From positions 1 through 64,000 of the forward strand of contig JAXLNO010003487.1 in NCBI GenBank assembly GCA_038087875.1: 64,000 bases of DNA. The letters are read 5' to 3'. The position numbers and the translations under genes were made by a program. Origin of the DNA: Malacoraja senta. Lineage: Eukaryota. Under the pieces are notes generated by a model. It had not been told where the DNA came from and did not search any database. It was given only the letters and a program-made list of their open reading frames with translations. Of the stretch, positions 41,379 to 53,930 are shown one piece after another (the stretch's first letter is position 1; each line of letters starts with the position of its first letter).

Positions 41379-44300
41379 TACGCACTTCATCCGAGCACAT
41401 TATCGCACGCGTCATGCAAGCCATCTTAAATGACCACCTAAGCTGTCATTTGGCAACCTAAAAAGCTGCCGAGGTTGCCCGGCTGGCAACAGGGAAAAAA
41501 AGTTAAGCGAGAGCCCTGCAACACTATCTCTTGTGTTGTTACGTCTCTGGAACTAAGTGGTAGCTGCGCTTAACTGTTGTAGCATAACTGTTTATGCTGA
41601 ACAATTCATGAAAAAAGTCTAAAAAGGATTAAAAAACAAGTGATTCCAGCATGTTGAAAGATAATTGGGACTGATACGTAATGGGTGGCACTGCGACACA
41701 ACTCCAGTGACGAGGGTTCGATCACATCTTGAAACAGAAAATCTTAAACTGAGGCAGGCGCCTCTACTTCATCAATCCAGTGCTGTTATGACACTGGGCC
41801 TTAACATGAGAATATGAGAAATTGGGTATTTCCTTGGGGCAAAATCAGACTTTTCAGAGACTTGAAAGCTGCAAGATAGTCCTGGAATGTGGTGGATCTC
41901 TGCGTGCTTTTCCAGAAGAGGACGAATTGTACTTATGTACAGTATGACTTGACTGGGGAGAATGCAGAACAACCATTTCACTGCAGATAGACACAAAAAG
42001 CTGGAGTAACTCAGCGGGACAGGCAGCATCTCTGGAGAGAAGGGACGGGGTGTCCAGCATCTGCTGTTCCATCCGAACCATTTCACTGCATCTCTGCATG
42101 CATGAAATTAAACAGAGTTATATAAAATGCAGACATACTGCAGTACTCAAGTAGGTCAGGCTGTCCTGATTTGGCAGGTGGATAACTTAACTGTAATTAA
42201 AAAAAACACAAAAACGTGCAGGTGTAACTCAGTGGTTCAGGCAGCATCTGGAAGACATGGTTACGTAATGTTTCAGCTTGGGATCCTGCTTCATACTTCT
42301 TGCATCTTGTCTTTCTGTCTTCAACTTAACAGTTGAAATGACCAGTTCTTTTATCGACAGGGAATGCAACTCGTTGAATGTGGAATTGAGTTTGAAAGGC
42401 TGCAACATGTCCAGACAGAAGCTGAGTTGTTGGTCCTCAAGGCTACTTTCACCCTTGTTATCCTAGTGTAAGAGGTACAGATGGATGGATCATGGTGGGT
42501 GTTGAATGGAGAATTAGAGTGGCAGGAATTAGGAATCTTAGAAAGTCCCATGGATTGAATGCGGGTTCTCCAGAAAGCAGCCATTCTATTTGTTTCATTG
42601 ATGCGTTGTGGAAGATTACGTAATGAAAACTAAATGTAGTAGATTTGACTGGAAGTGCTTGTGTTTCACGCTGTTTCACTTTGAAGAACTGCCTGGGTCT
42701 ATGGAAAGTGGTAAATGGATGGATGTTGCTTGCACCAAGACAGGAAAGTAGAGGAAAGTTGTGGGGATAGTAGACAGACCAGGGAGCGAAAAAGGGAATG
42801 ACTACTTCAAAATATAGAATGGGGAGCAGGGCAGGAGCGGAGGGAGAAATGGATTGACTAATTGAATCAGATTTAAACTGGGAGGAAGTATTCAACATGG
42901 AGGCTGGAGGAGTGGAAAACATATCCCTGCCCTGTCCAATGAGAATATATAGAACATAGAACAGTACAAGAACAGGACTTTCAGCCTGCAATGTCCATGT
43001 GGAACAGGATACCAAGTTAAACTAAGGCAACACAGAGGCACAGTGATAGAGTGGCTGTCTTACAGCATTAGAGACCCGGGTTTGATCCTGACTAGAATGC
43101 TGTCTGGACGGAGTTTGTACGTTCTCTCTGTCACCCTGTGGGTTTTCTCTGGGGGCTCCGGTTTCCTCCCAAATACAAAAGACATGCAGGTTAATTGGCT
43201 TCTGTAAATTGTCCCTAGCGTGTAGGACAGAAATAGTGAATGGGCAATTGCTGGTCAGTGTGGACTCAGTGGCCCAAGGTTCCTGTTTCTCTAAACTAAA
43301 CCAAAACTAATCTCCACTGCCTGCATGTGATCCATATTCTTGTATTCCCTGCATACCCACGAGCCTGTCCAAAACTTTCTTAAGCACCATTATCATTTCC
43401 TCCTCTACCACCACTCCTGGTAGCGCATTCTAGGTATCAAGCTCTCTCTGTGCAAAAAAACACTTGACCTGCACATCTCGTGTAAATTTTGCCCTTCGAA
43501 GCTTAACGCTGTGCTCTTTTGAGATGTGTGATAGACATGCAATCCCATTAGGGGCTGTCAACTGTGGTCAAGAAAATCCATGGTTAACTAATATGAAAGA
43601 CATCAATTGCATTTTCTCCCTGTCAAACAGGGATGTAATGCTGAGGTTCTATAAGGCACCAGTCAAGCCACATTTGGAGCATTGTGAGCAATTTTGGGCA
43701 CCATATCTGAGGAAGGATGTGCTGGCTCTGGAGAGGGTCCAGAGGAGTACAAGAATGATCCCAGGAATGAATGGGTTAACATATGATGACCATTTGATGT
43801 CAGTGGGCCTGTACTTGCTGGAGTTTAGAAGCATAAGGGGGGACCTCATTGAATCATACAAAATAGTGAAAGACTGTTTGCTTTTGAAATTGGTTCGATT
43901 ATGTTTGCTCCCACAAAATTGCATTAAAAAACCTATAGTGAAAATCATATAATATATAGTGGTATACGAATTTGGAAACAATTAAAAAATACTTTAAAAT
44001 TGGATAATTTATCACTCTGTCTCCCCATTATAAACAACCCTTTATTCAAACCTTCCATGTTGGATAAAGGCTTTACACAATGGAAAAATTATGGCATTAA
44101 AAAGATGGGTCATCTTTATAGGAAAGGCACTTTTCTTTCATTTCAGGAGTTACAACAGATTTACGGACTACACTCAAATAACTTTTTCAGATATTTACAA
44201 CTTAGAGATTACATTAAATCAAATACACAAGATTACAGAACTAGGGAACCAGAAATCCTTGATGAATGTTTGAATAAACATCCTAATACAGAAAAATTAA

Positions 44301-47300
44301 TATCTCATATTTATAATACCCTCTTAGATAGTGAGGTCCTGCCAACGGATTTATATAGACACACATGGGAAAATGAATTAGGCCAACCCATAACGAAAGA
44401 TATTTGGGACGAAAGTCTACAATATATACATCAATGCTCGTTAAATGCCAGACATGCCTTAATACAATTTAAAGTATTACATAGATTACATTATTCTTAA
44501 ACAAAATTAAATAGAATCTTCCCACATATCTCTCCTATTTGTGATAAATGCCAGCATTTAGAGGCTAACCTTTGTAAATTGTACAAAAATCAAAAATTTC
44601 TGGAAGGACATTTTCAGAATAATTTCTGAAGTAGTCAATACCCAATTGGATCCCGACTCAAAACTAATAATATTAGGAATATCAGAACAAAGCCTAAGAC
44701 TTACAATAAACCAAAGAAGCTTTCTTGATTATAGTATAATAATTGGGAAAAAATTAATATTAATATTACGCACTTCATCCGAGCACATTATCGCACGCGT
44801 CATGCAAGCCATCTTAAATGACCACCTAAGCTGTCATTTGGCAACCTAAAAAGCTGCCGAGGTTGCCCGGCTGGCAACAGGGAAAAAAAGTTAAGCGAGA
44901 GCCCTGCAACACTATCTCTTGTGTTGTTACGTCTCTGGAACTAAGTGGTAGCTGCGCTTAACTGTTGTAGCATAACTGTTTATGCTGAACAATTCATGAA
45001 AAAAGTCTAAAAAGGATTAAAAAACAAGTGATTCCAGCATGTTGAAAGATAATTGGGACTGATACGTAATGGGTGGCACTGCGACACAACTCCAGTGACG
45101 AGGGTTCGATCACATCTTGAAACAGAAAATCTTAAACTGAGGCAGGCGCCTCTACTTCATCAATCCAGTGCTGTTATGACACTGGGCCTTAACATGAGAA
45201 TATGAGAAATTGGGTATTTCCTTGGGGCAAAATCAGACTTTTCAGAGACTTGAAAGCTGCAAGATAGTCCTGGAATGTGGTGGATCTCTGCGTGCTTTTC
45301 CAGAAGAGGACGAATTGTACTTATGTACAGTATGACTTGACTGGGGAGAATGCAGAACAACCATTTCACTGCAGATAGACACAAAAAGCTGGAGTAACTC
45401 AGCGGGACAGGCAGCATCTCTGGAGAGAAGGGACGGGGTGTCCAGCATCTGCTGTTCCATCCGAACCATTTCACTGCATCTCTGCATGCATGAAATTAAA
45501 CAGAGTTATATAAAATGCAGACATACTGCAGTACTCAAGTAGGTCAGGCTGTCCTGATTTGGCAGGTGGATAACTTAACTGTAATTAAAAAAAACACAAA
45601 AACGTGCAGGTGTAACTCAGTGGTTCAGGCAGCATCTGGAAGACATGGTTACGTAATGTTTCAGCTTGGGATCCTGCTTCATACTTCTTGCATCTTGTCT
45701 TTCTGTCTTCAACTTAACAGTTGAAATGACCAGTTCTTTTATCGACAGGGAATGCAACTCGTTGAATGTGGAATTGAGTTTGAAAGGCTGCAACATGTCC
45801 AGACAGAAGCTGAGTTGTTGGTCCTCAAGGCTACTTTCACCCTTGTTATCCTAGTGTAAGAGGTACAGATGGATGGATCATGGTGGGTGTTGAATGGAGA
45901 ATTAGAGTGGCAGGAATTAGGAATCTTAGAAAGTCCCATGGATTGAATGCGGGTTCTCCAGAAAGCAGCCATTCTATTTGTTTCATTGATGCGTTGTGGA
46001 AGATTACGTAATGAAAACTAAATGTAGTAGATTTGACTGGAAGTGCTTGTGTTTCACGCTGTTTCACTTTGAAGAACTGCCTGGGTCTATGGAAAGTGGT
46101 AAATGGATGGATGTTGCTTGCACCAAGACAGGAAAGTAGAGGAAAGTTGTGGGGATAGTAGACAGACCAGGGAGCGAAAAAGGGAATGACTACTTCAAAA
46201 TATAGAATGGGGAGCAGGGCAGGAGCGGAGGGAGAAATGGATTGACTAATTGAATCAGATTTAAACTGGGAGGAAGTATTCAACATGGAGGCTGGAGGAG
46301 TGGAAAACATATCCCTGCCCTGTCCAATGAGAATATATAGAACATAGAACAGTACAAGAACAGGACTTTCAGCCTGCAATGTCCATGTGGAACAGGATAC
46401 CAAGTTAAACTAAGGCAACACAGAGGCACAGTGATAGAGTGGCTGTCTTACAGCATTAGAGACCCGGGTTTGATCCTGACTAGAATGCTGTCTGGACGGA
46501 GTTTGTACGTTCTCTCTGTCACCCTGTGGGTTTTCTCTGGGGGCTCCGGTTTCCTCCCAAATACAAAAGACATGCAGGTTAATTGGCTTCTGTAAATTGT
46601 CCCTAGCGTGTAGGACAGAAATAGTGAATGGGCAATTGCTGGTCAGTGTGGACTCAGTGGCCCAAGGTTCCTGTTTCTCTAAACTAAACCAAAACTAATC
46701 TCCACTGCCTGCATGTGATCCATATTCTTGTATTCCCTGCATACCCACGAGCCTGTCCAAAACTTTCTTAAGCACCATTATCATTTCCTCCTCTACCACC
46801 ACTCCTGGTAGCGCATTCTAGGTATCAAGCTCTCTCTGTGCAAAAAAACACTTGACCTGCACATCTCGTGTAAATTTTGCCCTTCGAAGCTTAACGCTGT
46901 GCTCTTTTGAGATGTGTGATAGACATGCAATCCCATTAGGGGCTGTCAACTGTGGTCAAGAAAATCCATGGTTAACTAATATGAAAGACATCAATTGCAT
47001 TTTCTCCCTGTCAAACAGGGATGTAATGCTGAGGTTCTATAAGGCACCAGTCAAGCCACATTTGGAGCATTGTGAGCAATTTTGGGCACCATATCTGAGG
47101 AAGGATGTGCTGGCTCTGGAGAGGGTCCAGAGGAGTACAAGAATGATCCCAGGAATGAATGGGTTAACATATGATGACCATTTGATGTCAGTGGGCCTGT
47201 ACTTGCTGGAGTTTAGAAGCATAAGGGGGGACCTCATTGAATCATACAAAATAGTGAAAGACTGTTTGCTTTTGAAATTGGTTCGATTATGTTTGCTCCC

Positions 47301-48150
47301 ACAAAATTGCATTAAAAAACCTATAGTGAAAATCATATAATATATAGTGGTATACGAATTTGGAAACAATTAAAAAATACTTTAAAATTGGATAATTTAT
47401 CACTCTGTCTCCCCATTATAAACAACCCTTTATTCAAACCTTCCATGTTGGATAAAGGCTTTACACAATGGAAAAATTATGGCATTAAAAAGATGGGTCA
47501 TCTTTATAGGAAAGGCACTTTTCTTTCATTTCAGGAGTTACAACAGATTTACGGACTACACTCAAATAACTTTTTCAGATATTTACAACTTAGAGATTAC
47601 ATTAAATCAAATACACAAGATTACAGAACTAGGGAACCAGAAATCCTTGATGAATGTTTGAATAAACATCCTAATACAGAAAAATTAATATCTCATATTT
47701 ATAATACCCTCTTAGATAGTGAGGTCCTGCCAACGGATTTATATAGACACACATGGGAAAATGAATTAGGCCAACCCATAACGAAAGATATTTGGGACGA
47801 AAGTCTACAATATATACATCAATGCTCGTTAAATGCCAGACATGCCTTAATACAATTTAAAGTATTACATAGATTACATTATTCTTAAACAAAATTAAAT
47901 AGAATCTTCCCACATATCTCTCCTATTTGTGATAAATGCCAGCATTTAGAGGCTAACCTTTGTAAATTGTACAAAAATCAAAAATTTCTGGAAGGACATT
48001 TTCAGAATAATTTCTGAAGTAGTCAATACCCAATTGGATCCCGACTCAAAACTAATAATATTAGGAATATCAGAACAAAGCCTAAGACTTACAATAAACC
48101 AAAGAAGCTTTCTTGATTATAGTATAATAATTGGGAAAAAATTAATATTA
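41379..48150. repeat. Near-identical tandem duplication, 3388-bp period (41379-44762 and 44767-48150)
   Basis: Seven ORF translations recur identically at +3388; 4-nt junction filler. Confidence 0.97.
43027..43310 (+). mobile_element. V-SINE (duplicated at 46415-46698)
   Basis: Head, V-domain, TAAAC tail. Confidence 0.8.
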
Positions 48151-48630
48151 AAATTTTGGAAAGGTCCTATAAACCCCACAATTAAAATGTGGATTATGGA
48201 AATGTCAGAGACCTTACATTTGGAAAGAACTAGACTTGTCTTAATTGACAAACATGAATTATTTAATGGAATATGGTCTCCATGTATTGATTTTTTGAAA
48301 GGGTAAATTGGTTCAGCATGGGAATCTGACTGAAATCCAAGCTCAGGATTAGATGAATAGTTATGCTTTATAACCTATGGACCTATCTCCAAAGTTGTAT
48401 TATTGGTAAATTATTCCATTCTTCTTTATCATGCTTTTAAATTTCTCACTTTCTATCTATAAAACAAAACTAAATAGAAGCTGATTTAATATACAATTGA
48501 TAAAGGAGGACCACTATTATTTTGATAGCTGGACTCCCACCTATTAGCAAAGTAGGATTGATATATAAGAAATGTTTGTATTATGATATGCACATGCTTC
48601 TAATAAAAATATTTAAAATAAATTTAAAAA
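47270..48630 (+). mobile_element. 5'-truncated L1 3' fragment (partial copy at about 43880-44762)
   Basis: NNPLFKPS, FFRYLQLRD, QFKVLHRL, CDKC; AATAAA/A-rich end. Confidence 0.85.
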
Positions 48631-49294
48631 ATAGTGAAAGGCTTGGATAGATGTGGATGTGGAGAGGATGTCTCCAATGGTGGGAGAGTCTACGACGAGA
48701 GGTCATAGTCTCAATATTAAAGGACATTCCTTTAGGAAAGAGATGAGGAGGAATTTATTTTGTCAGAGGGTGGTGATTCTGTGGAATTATTTGCCACAGA
48801 AGGCTGTGGAGTCCGTCAATGGATATTTTGAATTCTTGATTAGTATGCACGTCAGGGGTTATGGGGAGAAGGCAGGAGAATGGGGTTAGGAGGGAGAGAT
48901 AGATCAGCCATGATTGACGGGCGAAGTCGACTTGATGGGCCGAATGTTCTAATGCTGCACCCATCACTTATGACCTTATGACTCAGTTGGCTTCCTCCAT
49001 GTGCTCCAATTTTGTCCCATATTCCAAAGACGTGCCAGTGAGTTAGTTGGACATTGCAAATTATCCGTCGTGGAGCTGAATGCAAGGAGAATCCGAGGGA
49101 GCTGAGTGCAAGTTGTGAGAGAGAGCTGTGGAACAGTTTGTCGACATTGCATAGAAAACTAGCATAGAATCAATGGGCCGAATGACCTTTCCCTCTGTCA
49201 TGATTGGGTCAGAGATAATATTACTCATTGCCTCAGAGTGAAATATTACTCATTGCCTACCATCACAAAACAACATCCTTTGTTCTGAACTCAC

Positions 49295-49509
49295 CTTTTC
49301 TGGTCATGTATGTCTTTCCAATTGCATAGTATGTAAGCCATAGATCCACACAGTCATGTTCTAACAAGCTCTTGAAATAACGCTTCATTTTTTCATTCTT
49401 GTCCCATTTCTCTTTGAAGCTCAGCTATTGGATCATGCACCGTCCACTTTAGTTTGTCCTTATCAAAACTAAATGCATATCTTCCATCAAAAGCCAACTT
49501 CAATATCCC
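49295..49509 (-). pseudogene. MHC class I alpha-2 exon, 5'-truncated and frameshifted
   Basis: GILKLAFDGRYAFSFDKDKLKWTVHDPIAE / FKEKWDKNEKMKRYFKSLLEHDCVDLWLTYYAIGKTYMTRK; frame break at about 49419; phase-1 donor G|GTGAGT. Confidence 0.88.
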
Positions 49510-50491
49510 AATTTTGTCCCATATAACAAAGACGTGCCAGTGAGTTAGTTGGACATTGCAAATTATCCGTCGTGGAGCTGAATGCAAGGAGAATCCGAGG
49601 GAGCTGAGTGCAAGTTGTGAGAGAGAGCGGTGGGAGTGACACGGTGGGAGTGTTGACCACAAATTGGACGGGCCTGCAGTGCAGCAGATCACCACACGGT
49701 GGGAGTGTTGACCACAAATTGGAGCGACCTGTTATGTGAATTCACTGCACGTTGGGAGCGCTGTCTACAAATTTGATATTGTGCTCTTTACTGCAGAATG
49801 GTTCTTTATTGCTCTGTGACCCTTTACCTTTCCCCGTAATGCACCCATTGCACAGATACCAAATTTACTAAAAGCCCTGAAACCAGGGAAGATTTGGGAC
49901 GAAAATCAAGGAACTGCAGGTGCTGGTTTACAAAAAAAGGCACAAAGTGCTGGATTAACTCAGTGGGTCAAGCAGCATCTATGGAGAACATGGATAGGTG
50001 ATGTTTCACAGAGTGCTGGAGTAACTCAGCGGGTCAGGCAGGATGCCCATAGTAAAGAGTACAGCTTTGGCGGGCAACTCAGAGTTCACTGTTTGTGTAC
50101 AAAGTTTGATGCCCACAGTAAGAGTTACAGCATTGGGCAGCTCATTCAGGGAGTTCACTGTTTGTGTGAAGTGTTGTCTTTGATATAGCTGGCATGTTGC
50201 TGTGCCTGTTTGATTATGAAAATAGTCAATTAATCTTCTATCCAGTAGGATTCACTACTGCAGACACATTTGAATTTCACTGTACCGTAATTGGTACATG
50301 TGATGATAAACTGACCTTGAAACATTGGGCCTAGAGTTATTTTTCCAGCCCTGTCCACCCAGTGTTTGATAATTTGAGGTGAATGTAGAATTTTCTCACC
50401 TGCTGCTGTTTCTCCCTCTACAGTTATTCTACTTGTTTCTGGTTGATGTGCCAAGGTCTTTGGAGATCTTCTAATGTCCCCAGTTTTCTGA

Positions 50492-50930
50492 GAGAATGGA
50501 GCGGCTGGGCTTGTACACTCTGGAGTTTAGAAGGATGAGAGAGTTTCTTATTGAAACATATAAGACTGTTAAGGGTTGGACATGCTAGAGGCAGGAAACA
50601 TGTTCCCGATGTTGGGGGAGTCCAGAACCAGGGGCCACAGTTTAAGAATAAGGGGTAAGCCATTTAGAACGGAGATGAGAAAACACTTTTTCTCACAGAG
50701 AGTTGTGAGTCTGTGGAATTCTCTGCCTCAGTGGGCGGTGGAGGCCGGTTCTCTGGATACTTTCAAGGGAGAGCTAGATAGGGCTCTTAAAGAAAGCGGA
50801 GTCAGGGGATATGGGGAGAAGGCAGGAACGGGGTACTGATTGGGGATGATCAGCCATGATCACATTGAATGGCGGTGCTGGCTCGAAGGGCCGAATGGCC
50901 TACTCGTGCGCCTATTGTCTATTGTCTATT
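50492..50930 (+). mobile_element. CR1 3' fragment
   Basis: RTRGHSLRIRGKPFRTEMR; 3' UTR and (CTATTGT)n tail. Confidence 0.9.
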
Positions 50931-51245
50931 GAAGGAGGGGCCTGTTTCCGTGACTCTGGGACCAGTGTAGATGTGGCATGTTGGTCAGTGTGGGAAAGTT
51001 ATGCTGAAGGAAGGGCCTGTTTCCAAGCTGGGTGACCAGTGTAGATGGGGCATGTTGGCCGGTGTGGGCAAGTTGGGCCAAAGGGCCTGTTTCCATGACT
51101 CTGGGACTAGTGTAGATGGAGCATGTTGGTCAGTGTGGGCAAGTTGGGCTGAAGGAAGGCCCTGTTTCCATGCTGTGTGACTAGTGTAGATGGGGCATGT
51201 TGGCCGGTGTGGGCAAGTTGGGCTAAAGAGCCTGTTTCCCTGAGT

Positions 51246-53930
51246 CTGGGAATGGTGTAGATGGTGTAGATGGTGTAAAGCAGGGGGCTCAGCACGCAGC
51301 CCTGTGGAGAGCCGGTACTGAGGTTGAGGGCCGTGGATGTGTGATGGCCCACCCTGACTCTCTGACTGCGACCCAACAGGAAGCTATTTATCCACATGCA
51401 GGTGGAGTGTGGAAGTCCCAGGTCCCCCAGTTTGTCCACCAGTTTGTGGGGAAGGATGGTGTTAAAAGCAGAGCTGTAGTCCACAAAGAGCATCCGCACG
51501 TAGCTCCCCCGCTGCTCCAGGTGGGACAGTGCAGCATGGAGGGTTGTGGCTACAGCGTCCTCTGTGGATCTGTTCGCTCTATACGCAAACTGGTGGGGGT
51601 CAAAGCTTCGGGGCAGGAGTGATGTGATGTGACCCCGGACCAGTTTTTCAAAGCACTTCATCACCACTGGTGTGAGTGCGACTGGCCGGTAGTCGTTGAG
51701 GCTGGAAATGTGGGGGGTTTTGGGCAAGGGGACTATGGTGGAGGACTTCAGACAGGGTGGGACAGTGGACTGGGCCAGAGACTGGTTGAAAATCCTCGTA
51801 AAGACTCCAGCCAGCTGGTCTGCGCAGTCCTTCAGCACCCGTCCAGAGACGCCGTCGAGTCCAGCAGCCTTCCTCGGATTGATGGCCCGCAGCGTGCGCC
51901 TCACCTCATGCTCCTCTATTTTGAGGGATAAGCTGCTGTGGACTATGTGGTGTGATATGGCTGTCTCTGGTGGCTCCACTTCGATTTAAATCTTTTTATT
52001 TGAATTTCACTGCAATTTGCATACATACTATGATAACAGACAGTGACAGTCAAGGCATAATTGTGCAACAGTATGTCAGCGATCCTCAAAACCCTTACCC
52101 GTACCCACCTTCAACCCACTCAAGTCAGGTCGGAACCAGACGGGGACAAACAACACTCACATACGTACACATCCACACACAAATGGTAAAATAAACGAAA
52201 CAAAATGTGCTATAAAAAAAATTAAAAAATAAAAATAAATAATTGTGGGGAGGGGGGAATTAAGGTGGAAGCAGCTGCTGTAGAACAAAACAAATGTGGA
52301 GAACATTCAGTCCTCTTCCGAGTCCGGGGACAAGTTGAGAGAGTTAACAAGTTCCAAGAAAGGGTTCCATGTATCTAGGAATGTCTTCGTAGAGCCTTTG
52401 AGAGAGAACCTAAGTTTTTCAAGTTTCAAATTGTAAAGCACCTCCTTAATCCAACGGGCGTGTGTCGGGGGACAGGTGAGCCTCCAGTTAAGCAAGATCA
52501 ATCTCCGGGCTAACAAGGTTGTAAAAGCTAGGACACGTTTCACCGCAACAGAGAGGTTGGTATTGGGAGGGGTACCGAAAATGGCTGACATTGGGTTTGG
52601 AGGAATAGTCTGGTCGTAAGCTCTGCTTATCAATTCGAAAGCACTCCTCCAAAAGGCTGCTAGCTTAGGGCAAGACCAAAACATATGGCTATGGTTGGCA
52701 GGAGATTGATTACATCTGTTGCAGGTGTCCCTAACAGCGGGGTACATTTTAGATAATCTTGCATTTGGGTAGTGGACTTTGTAAAGGACTTTGCATTGGA
52801 TTTGGCCATGACGAGCACATATGGAGGAAAATGGATCAAATCCAAGGCAGAGTCCCATTGCTGGTCTGTTAGTTTCGTATTCAACTCTCCCTCCCACGCA
52901 GCGTTTAATGAGATATGAGGTTTCAATAAAACCGACCCTAGCAAATTATACAAAATAGAGATGCATTTCTTCCGGTTGGGATCTAAAGCTAAGATGGTAT
53001 CAGTCAGGGTTTCAGGAGGGCGATTTGGGAAATAGGGGAATGTCTTCTTCACAAAATCCCTAATCTGGAAAAACCGAAAAAGGTGGGAGTTTGGGAGGTT
53101 GTAGTTAGACGAGAGCTCCGCGAAAGACGAAAAGATGCCATCCTTGTATAGGTTTCTGATACTACTGATACCGTTGCTATGCCAGGTTTTGAATGCGTGG
53201 TCTGTACTTGAAGGTTTAAAAATGTGATTTTTAAGCAGTGGGGTCAAGATGGAAGGGCCTTGTAAACCGGTTTTTCCTGAATTGACTCCATATCTTGAGC
53301 GAAAGGGACGCAATTGGGCCTGCACCCACAGCTGTTATAGAAAGGGGGAGTTGGGAGCATAGGACAGACCGCAACGGGAGATGTGAACTCGCCTTTTCCA
53401 TGTATACCCAGGTTGGTAGGTGGTCGCAATCATCATTCATCCAATAGAGGTGTTTTTGCAAGTTAGCTGCCCAATAGTATCGCCTAAAGTCAGGAAGTGC
53501 CAAACCGCCATCACTCCACTTCAAAGCGAGCAAAGAAGAGGTTCGGCTCCTCTGCCAACGAGGCGTCACCTTCAGCAGCTCCAAGGTTGGTCTTGTAGTT
53601 GGATACTGGATCCCTTGCCACACCTGCCTGCTGTTGTTACTGTCCAGGTGGTCCTCTATCCTCCTCCTGTAGTCTGATTTGGCCTCTCTGATGCCTCTCT
53701 TCAGGTTATCTCGGGGCGTGCTGTATAAAGCATTATCGCCAGACCTAAAAGCGGTGTTCCTCTCTTTTAACAGCCGCTGGACCTCCCGGGTCATCCAGGG
53801 CTTCTGGTTGGGGTAGACCCGGATGCGTTTGTCCACTGTGACAGTGTCCATGCAGTTTTTAATGTAACATAGTACACTGTGAACACCTCCAGATCCTGGT
53901 GTTCAAACACATCCCAGTTGGTCCTGTTTA
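51246..53930 (-). mobile_element. Rex1/Babar LINE fragment (51246-51982 and 53514-53930) interrupted by L1
   Basis: [40 protein letters not shown]. Confidence 0.88.
51983..53513 (-). mobile_element. 5'-truncated L1 with 9-bp TSD
   Basis: CTCCACTTC at 51974-51982 and 53514-53522; GGLALPDF, HMFWSCP; A-rich tail. Confidence 0.88.

Larger units (their letters stand above)
32688..41518. mobile_element. Non-autonomous TIR DNA transposon (hAT-like ends) swollen to 8.8 kb by nested insertions
   Basis: CAGGGCTC...GAGCCCTG termini; subterminal GGTTGCCCGG/GGCAACC motifs at both ends; flanking CAACA direct repeat. Confidence 0.7.

Noticed and set aside
42330-42470. Open minus-strand frame considered as MHC alpha-1
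   Set aside because: Reads LEDQQLSFCLDMLQPFKLN, a decayed Penelope GIY-YIG C-terminus
50400-50491. Phase-1 donor CAG|GTGAGA about 0.9 kb upstream of alpha-2 as alpha-1 exon end
   Set aside because: No frame gives alpha-1 motifs, even after removing the 50.5-54.2 kb insertion
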